A stretch of 61,364 bases of DNA, counting the filler, from Dimargaris cristalligena (lineage: Eukaryota): the NCBI GenBank assembly GCA_003614675.1. It is 9 parts of 9 records of this genome, joined end to end, with 100 filler letters (N's around TTAATTAATTAA, not from the genome) between each part and the next. Parts side by side here need not be neighbours in the genome. Positions count along the whole stretch, not along the records: positions 47,861 to 54,563 come from ML003489.1; positions 54,664 to 61,364 come from ML003490.1; 7 more parts are not named here. The stretch is one strand, 5' to 3'. Positions 51,102 to 61,364 of the stretch are shown here, in pieces. Position 1 is the first letter of the stretch. Each line of letters opens with the position of its first letter. The notes beneath the pieces are model-generated. The model made no database searches. It was given only the letters and a program-made list of their open reading frames with translations, and had not been told where the DNA came from. The translations under genes were made by a program, and so were the position numbers.

Positions 51102-54100
51102 TTCCCCTTTGTTACAAGTAGTAATAGTAATAATATCCTGTTTGTTAGATGTAAAGAGATGGATATTCAAAGGTTTTGTCAGAAAATTGGCCTTTTGTTC
51201 AGTACTTGGCACATGTTTTAAGGTGATAATTCCTTTGTCAATATAGTCTCAAACCATATGGAATTTAATATCAATATGCTTAGAGTGACTGTTATTAACA
51301 GGGTTCTTTGCAATTAGGATACAGGCCATATTATCACTATTTACAGTGATAGATGTAGAAAAAGAATTAAGAAATTGGAGGATTTGTTTTATCCAAATTG
51401 CCTCCTTTGTAGCTTCAGATAGAGCAATATACTCAGCTTCAGCAGTAGAAGTAGTGACCAGGGTTTGTTTCTTGGATGCCCAGTATATAGGGCCACCAGC
51501 TAGGAGAAATAGGTGGCCACCAATGGATTTTCTGTCAAAGGAGTTATTGGCAAAATTGCTATCACAAAAACTAATTAAACCTGAATTTTTACCATCAAAG
51601 GTAATTCCATAGTCTAGGGTACCTTTAAGGTAGTGTAGAATTCTTTTGGCAGTAAGCCAGTGGGTAGTTGTGGGTTTAGAATTAAAGGAACTTAACTTGT
51701 GAACAGCATAGGTAATATCAGGTCTAGTGCAATTTGATAAATACAACAGGGTCCCAATTAAGTTAGTGTAAGGTTCATTGGTTAGCTCACAAGTGGCAGT
51801 GCTAGGTGAGGGTTTGAAGCCAGGCTCCATGGGAGTGCTTGTAGGGTTACACTGTTCCATACTGTAGTCCTCTAGTAAGTCAGAAATGTATTTCTACTGG
51901 TGGATAAAGAGGGATGATGGCCAACCATCAGTTGAATTGATTTGGGAGACTTGAATTCCAAGTAGGAAATTCAATTCCCCTTGGTCAGTCATTGAGAATC
52001 TGGTATTGAGTTGTTGTTTAACCCAATCCACACCAGAAAGCTCAGATGAGACAATAAGCATATCATCAACATACATAGTAAGATATGTACATAGGTTTCC
52101 TTGAATCTTGGCATAAATACCATGATCAAGTTCACACTTTAAAAAGTCACAGGACAGTAGAAACTCATCAAGAGTTTGATTCCAGAGTCTTGGAGATTAC
52201 TTAAGTCCATATAGGCTACGGTTAAGCTTGCAGACAGAGTGTTTGGGGATCTGGGATCCCTCAGGAGGTTCAATAAAAACTTCCTTATCAATTTTACTAT
52301 TCAAAAACACAGTTTTTATGTCCATTTGATGAATAAAAAGGTGGTGCTTAGCAGTAAGTGCCAAGAGAATCCTGATGCTAGAGTAATGAACTACAGGTGC
52401 AAAGGTTTCATTGCAGTCAATTCCTTCATACTGATGGAATCCCTTAACAACTAGTTGAGCCTTGTGATGCTCAATAGTACCATCAGGGTGCAACTTAGTA
52501 ACAAAAACCCAGTGACAGGGTAAAACTTTGGAGTTTTTTGGGTGAGGTACTAAGTCCCAGACTTCATTTTCAGCCATAGACTTGAGTTCAAGGTCAATAG
52601 CTGATTGCCATTCCTTATGGAACTAATCCTTCATAGCCAGGGAGTAAGAGTGTGGACCATCTATGGCTAGAAAAGCTAAATTGAAAGGAGGGTTGGAGTT
52701 GGGAGAGGGAAGAATGCCACAGATATGTTTGGACAGTCAAGGAATTACCAATTGGAGTTGTTTTGACCTTGTGAAATGATTCCTTTTTAAAGGAATAACC
52801 TGGGGGCCAGGGATGGGTATTCTGTAGTTGAATTAGATAGGTGCAGGGACCTGGTAGTAGATATTGGATTCCCTGAGTTCAAATTCAATTTCCCAGTCAT
52901 TCAGATCAAGATTTGGGTCTATAGGGATGCCACTTAAAGTGTGTAGGCTTAATTCCATACTAAGATCACTTGTATTAATGACCTAGGGTATGGTGGATAC
53001 CACTGGAAAAATTTCAGAACCACATGTGGATTGGTTAGAAATATCCATTGTTGTGGGTACAGTCACCACTGCAGGAGGTGCAGGAGATGCATGAATAGGC
53101 AAATTTAAGCCTGGATCTTCATCAGGGAGGTAAAAGTAATGACTGGAGGTATTCTGGGCTTGATTTTGGATAGTTTTTGATGGGGATGGCTGTTCTGAAG
53201 TCCAGGAAGCCAGGGAATTTTGCAAAAAATGTGTATCATGACTGATAATGACCTTGTTTGACTGGGGGTCAAAAATCTCATAGTTTTTCAGGTTGGCAGT
53301 CAGCCCCATGTACAGGGGCTTCTTTGAAGTTGGTTGTAACTATTGGGAGTGAGGATTGTTGGTTTTGATAATTGCCTCAGACCCAAACTGGTGAAATCGT
53401 GTAAGATCTGGCTGTTGGCCATACCAGTGTAAATGGGGAGTGTTATTACTAATTTTAGGACTAGGAATCCTATTCCAAATCATGGTAGTAGCCAGAAGTG
53501 CTTCTCCCCAAAGGGATTTTGGTAAACCCTTTTCATTAATCATGCATTTCACAGTAGAGTGAACAGTTTGATTGAACCTTTTAGCAATGCCATTTTGTTG
53601 GGGGGAGTAAGGTGTAGTAGTAGAATATGTAATTCTATGCTCCTTAAGTATAGTAGCAAATTGATGGGAGATATATTCACCACCATTATCAGAATGAATT
53701 TCTTTAGGAAATTTGCCTAACTGATTGTTCACATACTTTAAATACAAGTCCAGTGCCTGGGGTACATCAGATTTGTGTTTAATCAAACTAACATAAGCCA
53801 TTCTTGAAAACTGGTCAATAAAAGAGACAAAGTAGTATTGTCCTTTCATTGTTCTGATAGGCATAGTACCAGCTATGTCAGTGTGAATTACCTCCAGTAT
53901 GGAGAACACAGGGTCCAGCCTGCCAGAGAAGGGTAGGCAAATTGCCTTGTTAATTAAACAGGTTTCACAAGGTTGGATATCCTTGGAAGTTGTTAAATCA
54001 ACACCTGGTAGTAGGCCAGACTTGGCTGCCTGAATCTGGAAGGGATAATTAATATGGCCTAAGTTGATATGGGCCTGTTGAATTGAATTTTCCTTTGAAA

Positions 54101-54471
54101 TCAGGGCTTTGGGGGCAAAATTTTGTCCAGGATACCTCATTTTGATGATATATGTATGTGCACATGAACCTGCATAAAAGGACATGCCATTAGGGAGAGT
54201 AATCTCACAAGTATCAGAAGTGAAATTGATCCTTGCACCTTTCTTTGTTACTACTTTGACTGAAATAAGGTTGAAACTAAGCTTAGGGCAGATACCAACT
54301 TCAAAGAAAGTGACAATTACAGGTTTGCTAGTGGAGCTGGTAAGGGTAACCTGGATATTGCCTTGACCTAGGACAGGCACCGTGCTGTTGTTGGCAATGG
54401 TGATGGAGGTCTTAGAGGGTTTGAATTCCTCAAAGAGTTCCAAGTAAGGGCAGAAGTGGCCACTTGCACCA
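50878..54471 (-). mobile_element. Degenerate Ty1/copia LTR retrotransposon (protease-integrase-RT-RNase H, PPT, 3' LTR); gag and 5' LTR missing
   Basis: GASGHF protease remnant, HINLGH..CETC, IHTD/HSDNGGEY/PQQNG integrase, ETFAPV/QMDIKTVFLN/SLYGLK/YVDD RT, STAEAEYIA/KHIDIKFH RNase H, in copia order. Several stops and frameshifts. Confidence 0.95.
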
Positions 54472-54563
54472 TGTGGTGAACTTACCACATTTTTTACCTA
54501 CTTTTATTTTTTATCTATTTTTCGCACTTATCGGAAGTATGCCCCTGACGAGTGAATGAGCCC

Positions 54564-54663
54564 NNNNNNNNNNNNNNNNNNNNNNNNNNNNNNNNNNNNN
54601 NNNNNNNTTAATTAATTAANNNNNNNNNNNNNNNNNNNNNNNNNNNNNNNNNNNNNNNNNNNN
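54564..54663. other. Artificial contig linker
   Basis: N44-TTAATTAATTAA-N44. Confidence 0.99.
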
Positions 54664-57600
54664 CAGGCCCTCCCTAATGTCGAGTTCCAGGCCATTGACT
54701 CATGGCTCTCACCCCCCGATGTCCCCTGTAACGAGCTTCTCGCCCTTCCTGATGTTAGCCCCACCGATCTATCCCATATTCTTTACACGTCAGGAACCAC
54801 AGGTCGGCCCAAGGGTGTCCAGCTGGAGCACCGGGTTATGGCCAACTTTGTCCAACAAGCTGATTCAACAATTGGTATTACTGCTGGACTGCGCCTGATG
54901 CAAAATATGGCACTGACGTTTGACTGCGCCCTTTTGGAGATCTTCACCGGATTGTGCAAAGGGGCCACCCTTGTTCTGCGAACCGACATCCTAGACACCC
55001 TGCCACTGGTAAATGCTTTAGTGGCTACTCCAACTGTGCTGGCCTCCTTGGATCCTAGCAAATACCCCAATCTCAAAATGGCCATCGCTGCGGGGGAGGC
55101 CTTGCCCCGCCAAGTAGCCGAGCGCTGGACTCGCCACTGTCGTGTATTGAACATGTACGGCCCCACCGAGTGTTTTGTTTGCCACGCCGTGGAAATTCGG
55201 TCGGGCGAACCTGTTACTATCGGCCACCCTATTCCCAACACCGAGTGTTACATTCTGGATCGCCACCTGCAGCCTGTTCCAATCGGAGTTCCCGGCGAAA
55301 TTTATGTGGGCGGCATATGTGTCACCCGAGGCTACGTCAATTTACCTGAGCTTACCCGTGAGCGTCTGTTGCCCAATCCTTTTACTGATCAAGGGTACCT
55401 TTACCGCACAGGGGATACTGGGCGCTGGCTCCCCAATGGTACCGTTGAATATTTTGCTCGTCGAGACGACCAGGTTAAAGTCCGTGGTCATCGAGTTGAG
55501 CCTCAAGAAATTGAGACAGTTTTACTAAGCCACCCCGAAGTTCAGAGCGCCGCTGTAGTCATTACCTCGGGTAAACTGTATGGTTTTGTCAGTCCAGAAT
55601 CAGTACCAGTTGGTTCCCTCAAGGCCCACTCGTCGAGCTGTCTGCCTCCGTACATGATCCCCCATACCCTATTTGCACTCGCTAAATTACCCAGCACCAC
55701 CAACGGCAAGACTGATAAACGCGCCTTGGTCGGCCTTCTTACCCAATTAACTTCTCCGACCACCGGTTGCTCAACTACTCATCCTCGTAATCTGACTGAA
55801 ACTCTTATTGTGGAAGCCCTAAGCCAAACCCTTGGAATTGCTACTGGGGACATTGACATGTACGATTCGTTTTTCCAACTGGGGGGCGACTCTATTTCGG
55901 CTATTCGCTTTTCCTCACTATGTAGAGATTGTGGCCTCCATGTATCTATCGCTCAAATATTCAAATGTTCCAATCTCGCCGAGTTGGCCGAATGTGTCGC
56001 TGAACAGCCTTCGACTACCCAGTCGCATGATCCCTATAGCCTCCTTGACTACCAGCCCTTCTCACTCTTGGACAATGGTGACTTATCATCCACCACCGTA
56101 GATTCCTTGATGCAGGAAGCTGCCTCGCAGTTAAATATCGAACCAGTTAATATCACCGACATCCTGCCTGTTTCCAGTCTACAGCAGGGATTCCTGGTTA
56201 GTACCCTGAAGGATCCGAGTGCGTACATGGTTCAGGAGTCCTTTACGATCCCAGGGACGCTTGACATCGACCGCCTCCAGCGGGCTTGGCATCAAGTGGC
56301 CCAGCGGCACGATATTCTACGAACTAAATTTATCCAACCACGCACTATATCCAGCCAAACCTTCCTTCAGGTAGTAACTAGCCAGTGTGACATTGAATGG
56401 TCGGTCCATACAGAGATATCTCACAATGATTGGCCACGAATTGAAAAGGAATATTTTGCTACGGATCGCCAGCGCGGATTTACTTTTAATGGGCCATTGT
56501 TGCGGATCAGCTTGTATACCTCGTCAACCACCGATATTACCCAAACCCTGGGCTTTCTTACCTTCCACCACGCCTTACTTGATGCTTGGTCTCAGAACAT
56601 TATTCTTGCCGAACTGATTGGATTATACCACGATTCAGTCCCTGTTCCAGCGACTCAATTTACCGGATACATGCGACACCTTCAGTCGCTCGATCAGCCA
56701 CAATTGCAGCAGTTCTGGCAGGGCAACCTCGACGGTGCTAAACTTACTCCAGCTATCCAGTTCCCGATGCATCCAAACGAGCGCGTTCTACATGAATATG
56801 GAATTCATAGGTTCACCTTTTCCACGTCACTTCCAACTCTGAGTGCATTTTGTCGGGAGCAGCGGATTACCCTCAACTCTCTTCTGCGCGGGGTCTGGGC
56901 CCTCACTCTGGCCCGCTACCTCGGCGAGTCTGACGAAGTCACTTTCGGCGTCCTGACCTCCGGTCGCAATGTCCCCGTTACTGGTATTGATGGCATGGTG
57001 GGAATGTGTATCAACACTATACCGTTCAGGATGTCTCTCGGGCTTGAAACGCCAGTCGTGGATTTCATACAACGTTTGCATCGGCAGTCTGGGGAGCTGA
57101 CGGCGTCTGAGCAATGCAGCCTTCTGGATATCTGCAAATGGGGCCGAATTAGTCCAGAGGACAAGCTCTTTGATTCTCTTGTTGTATACGATAATATTCC
57201 AGCAACCACGACAGTCACTACTAACCCTGAAATCGCCCTTGTACTCCGCGACGGACAGAACTTTACCGAGTATGCCTACACTGTTAGTTGTACTGATAGT
57301 GGGGATAATCTGGATTGTTGTCTTCTCTTTAAAACTTCCTACTGTGATATAACCTATGCCCACCACCTGACTCGATTCATGGACCACTGTTTGTCGATGA
57401 TGGTCTCTCGACCGAAATGTAATCTACGCGAACTTATGGTCTTGCCCACCAACGAGGCCAGCCTCATACATGGTTGGATCCAAGGGCCTGTACGCGAGCT
57501 CCCCATGCAACATCGCTTGGTGTATCAACTGCTCACTCAGCACCTCCTTACCAGGTCTGATTCCATTGCCCTCGAGACCTCGAGTCAACAATTCACCTAT

Positions 57601-60600
57601 GCCGAGGTGTATCATCGGTCGGCCTGCATTGCCCTAGCCCTTCAACAACGTGGATTCAAGCCCGGCAACCAAGTCGCCCTGCTTTTCTCTAAATCAGCCG
57701 ACTTCATCTTCAGCTATTTGGGCACTTTAATGGCCGGTGGCGTGTGTGTCCCAATGGATTCAGGCAATGCTATTGACCGTCTCCAATACACATTTAGTCT
57801 GCTAGAAGAGCCGTGGCTGCTAACTACCACTGAACAATTCGATCATTTAAAGGGCCATATATGTGAGGCAGACTCCCGGTGCTGCTTTGTTGACACCATT
57901 AATTATCCTGGGATGACCACTGTGACGTTTCAACCCGACACCACACGCGTTCCTCAGGATTTGGCCTACGTTGTTTTCACTTCAGGCACCACTGGTCGCC
58001 CCAAGGGTATTTCCGTGCGACACGAGTCGCTGATTAATTTCACGTTAGCTAGCTGTGATATCATCAAACTCGGTCCTGAATGTCGTTTCTTACAACTACT
58101 GAACATTTCCTTTGATGGGTGCCTCATGGAAATATTTTGTGCTTTCCACTCAGGCGGTACGTTAGTCTTGATGGACGGAAATCTTGAGAATGCCCTGGCT
58201 AGGGTAAACACCTGTATTCTTATTCCCTCCCTTATGTCTACCATTGATCCGTCTGAGTATCCGAACGTCAACAAAGTGATTGCCGCCGGTGAAGCCCTTC
58301 CCACAAACGTTGCCCACCAATGGTGCGAACTTGTCACTTTATTCAATTACTATGGGCCAGCCGAAGCTACAGTTGGATGCCACATTAATCGGGTTCAAAT
58401 TGATGAGCCCATGTCGATTGGTTGCCCAGTAGCGAACACCCAGGGTTACATACTCGATGATCAGCTCCAGCCTGTTCCTATAGGTGTTCCCGGTGAACTT
58501 TGTGTCGGTGGTGTCGGAGTTAGCCACGGGTACTTAAAACAACCCGAGCTAACGGCAAAAGCATTCATTCCAAATCCGTCCGGTCCCGGCACCTTGTATC
58601 GAACCGGCGACCTCGTTTGCTGGCTATCCAGTGGCAAGGTTCAGTACATTTCGCGGAAGGACTTCCAAGTAAAACTGCGTGGCTATCGTGTCGAACTGGG
58701 CGAAATCGAAAATACCGCCTCATCAGTGGAGGGAGTTACCAATACCATAGCCTGTGTCACCCAACAGCAACTCGTTCTTTATATAACCCCTATTTCTATT
58801 GACATGGCAACCCTCAGGTCTCATCTTGTTAGCAAACTCCCACAGTACATGGTGCCTAACTTTATCATTCCATTGGATTGCATCCCCATGACCGCCGTGG
58901 GCAAGGCTGACCGCAAGGTGCTCCAGGCACGGCCCCTACCAGAGGATACCACTGATGAAGCCATTGATTTAAAGACCGCTTCTTCGGCATTCTTACTTAT
59001 GCGAGAGGCCTTGGCCGACACACTTAAAATTGACCCTAAACGGATCACGCCCTCAGCCTCGTTCCTCCGACTAGGCGGCGACTCCATTTCTGCCATTCAG
59101 TTCTCCAACCGCTGTAAACGACTAGGCTTCCACCTTTCGGTGGCTGACATCCTCAAATACCCCCACTTGTCGGTTATGGAACAACGCGTCCACCTGGTGG
59201 GCTCCGACAGTTTGCCGAGTACCCAGTTCTTAGATCCCACTGGTCCAATTCCGTTTACCGCCGTGCAGCGATACGCTCTGGCGGAGTACCAATTTATCAA
59301 CCAATTCAACCAGTCCATGCTACTCAAATGTCGGCAGACCTTGACCTTGCCCATTTTGAGACAGGCCCTCACCACCCTGATGGCCCACCACGATATTCTG
59401 CGGATCAACCTTGAGCGCTCCAACGGACAATGGCAACAGCGAGTATTACATGTACCCACCGACTCGGCCACTTGGTCGAAGCATTTCTTGACCATTGAAG
59501 AAGCCACGCTCACCATCGATGAATACCCCGTTTGGGCTGGCCAAATGCAGCGGACCATTTCCATTGAACACGGTCCCACCGTGGCCTGCGGTTTGTTGAC
59601 CATGGATGGCGAGCAATATGTTTTCATGACTATTCACCACTTCGCCGTCGATTTTGTTTCGTGGCGGATTATTCTGGAAGACCTTGAAGCCCTGCTTACA
59701 AACCAAAACCTCCCCGCCAAGACGATGCCGTTCCGGGAGTGGGCTACTCAGGTCCACGCATATGCTCAGACATTGTCCGACTCGATCTGGCCACTATCAC
59801 CCACTCCAACTGACCCTATTCCGCTGGACTGTCCACTTTCATCAGCAAATGACCAACCCGCCCCACCCCAAGTGACTTACCATACGTTTGAAGTTCAGCG
59901 AGCATCACTTGGTCGGACTCTGTCTGACGACCTTTATACCGAGGTAGCCCCTACCGTAGGGGCTTCTCCCCAAGAGTTCCTGATTGCCTCTCTTCTGCTC
60001 TCTCTACAGGCAACGTTTGGAATTGATGTGATTGAGTTAGAACTGGAAGGTCACGGTCGTCGGGCCTGGGACTCTTCCATCGATATTAGTCGTACCGTAG
60101 GCTGGTTTACTTCCATCTACCCGGCCCTTTTTGACCTGCACCAGACGCATGCCTACTCGAAAGATAGCAATAACTTGCGTGCTTTGGCCATAGCCAAACA
60201 ACGTATGCGTTCGATTCCTGACCATGGCTTCCCCTATAGTCTTCAGCGCTATCTCCAGGGCACTTTGCCCTTATCAACACCATCCATCGACAGAACGGCC
60301 CCAGAAGCGGTTAGGGTTCGTTCAGCCGGCTGGAACTGTATTACGTTTAATTATTCAGGTCGTTTCGAACAGCTTGAGGCCGAGGATGCGTTTTGGCGCC
60401 CTCGTCACATTGAAATGGGTTGGGCCGATTATTGGAATAAGGATGAGCTTTTTAATCGGGCACTCAGTGTGGCCTGCGATTATAGTTCTAGCGAGGGCCT
60501 CGTGCTTAGTGTAATGTATTCCAGCGTACTACACCGCTCGAGTACCATCCAACGGCTGGTCAATCAGTGGCGCACTTCTCTTGAAGAGCTCATACTTGAG

Positions 60601-61274
60601 TGCAATGCCAACCCCACACTGTCCATTGTGACAGCAAGTGACTTCACCTCGGCCAGCTTGACCGAATTAGATTTTTCCAAATTAGTTCAGGATGACCTTC
60701 CCTCATTAAACCTGACTCTGGCCGAGATCGAGGACATTTACCCATGTCTACCGGTTCAGGAAGGCCTGTTGTTTGCGACCCTCCAGGACCCGGCCGCTTA
60801 CATGGTCCAACTAGGATTCACCATCAATGGTCAGCTGAACGTCGGCCGCTTCCATCGGGCCTGGGACCAAACTGCTCATGACCACTCCATCCTGCGCACC
60901 CACTTCTTAACTGCCAGTGGGTGCCACGCTGATAAGAACCTGCAGGTCATAACCAAGAATTTTGATGCGCACTGGACAATTAGAAGCTGGGAAGGCTGTC
61001 AAACGGACGACCTATGCGAACAATTTTTCCTTCAGGAACGAAGTTCCGGCTTCTCATTGGGCCGGCCCTGGATACAGTTTGGGCTCTTCCGAATGGCCCC
61101 AAATATACACAAATTACTGATCTCGGTCCACCACGCCTTGTTGGACGGTTGGTCTATTGGATTACTACTTCAAAGCGTCTGCTGTAACTATTCAGGTAAT
61201 CCACTGCCCCAAACAGTAACATACCGCGATTTTGTTGGCCATATTTTGGAGCTTAGCAATAACGAGGTCGAGCA
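54664..61274 (+). CDS. Non-ribosomal peptide synthetase, internal fragment: A(partial)-T-C-A-T-E-C(partial)
   Basis: Frame open from the contig's first base. A motifs YTSGTTGRPKG, YGPTE, YRTGD, NGKTDK and FTSGTTGRPKG, YGPAE, VGKADR. T domains LGGDSI (Ser at 55891 and 59083). C domains HHALLDAWS (56566) and HHALLDGWS (61129). E domain HHFAVDFVSW (59635), ELEGHGR, RTVGWFTSIYP, FNYSGRF. Confidence 0.97.
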
Positions 61275-61360
61275 AGAACTATAATCGCAGGCCACACTGA
61301 GTGCCCGATTAAAAAGCTCATCCTTATTCCAATAATCGGCCCAACCCATTTCAATGTGAC
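61275..61360 (-). other. Inverted duplicate of 60404-60489 (probable amplification/assembly chimera)
   Basis: 86-nt exact reverse complement of an internal NRPS segment; it creates the TAA at 61282-61284. Confidence 0.9.
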
Positions 61361-61364
61361 TGTG

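Noticed and set aside
6783..54663. Regularly spaced TTAATTAATTAA palindromes as a biological repeat
   Set aside because: Always centred in exactly 44+44 Ns; a synthetic linker.
34618..60514. Numerous 60-190 aa ORFs overlapping CEF1, MAM33, MYSM1, the copia element and the NRPS
   Set aside because: Alternative-frame or antisense shadows of well-supported genes.
1718..61284. P450 array plus NRPS as one biosynthetic gene cluster
   Set aside because: They are on different contigs joined only by size-ordered concatenation.
1..61364. CRISPR arrays, rRNA or prokaryotic operons
   Set aside because: No repeat-spacer arrays or rRNA signatures seen; most genes have spliceosomal introns.

Overview
Fungal DNA made of nine unrelated contigs of about 6.7 kb: 1-6782, 6883-13650, 13751-20503, 20604-27321, 27422-34137, 34238-40949, 41050-47760, 47861-54563 and 54664-61364. 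They are sorted by decreasing length and joined by artificial 100-nt N44-TTAATTAATTAA-N44 linkers, so adjacency across a linker means nothing. GTAAGT..YAG introns, a MYSM1-type gene and an intron-free multimodular NRPS fragment suggest an early-diverging fungus (my inference: Zoopagomycota, possibly Dimargaritales). An inverted chimera suggests whole-genome-amplified DNA. Genes: a tandem cytochrome P450 array (one complete copy, one partial, and the upstream region of a third); the 5' end of a WDR59/Mtc5-like gene; a Ser/Pro/Asn repeat protein with an inverted pseudogene paralog; a small PD-(D/E)xK nuclease-fold ORF; a 611-aa secreted pre-pro-protein; CEF1/CDC5L (partial); MAM33; a MYSM1-like deubiquitinase; and an NRPS fragment (A-T-C-A-T-E-C). 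Repeats: about 10 copies of a ~585-bp LTR family (nested, one with a 5-bp TSD), six copies of a ~140-bp MITE, and a decayed, strongly CpG-depleted Ty1/copia element. I found no unambiguous new multi-gene system. The best leads are the diverging P450 pair (acid-alcohol Asp to Asn), the NRPS, the nuclease-fold ORF, a recurrent TGTGGTGAA motif at TE junctions, and the TE-restricted CpG decay. All gene models and alignments were done by eye.
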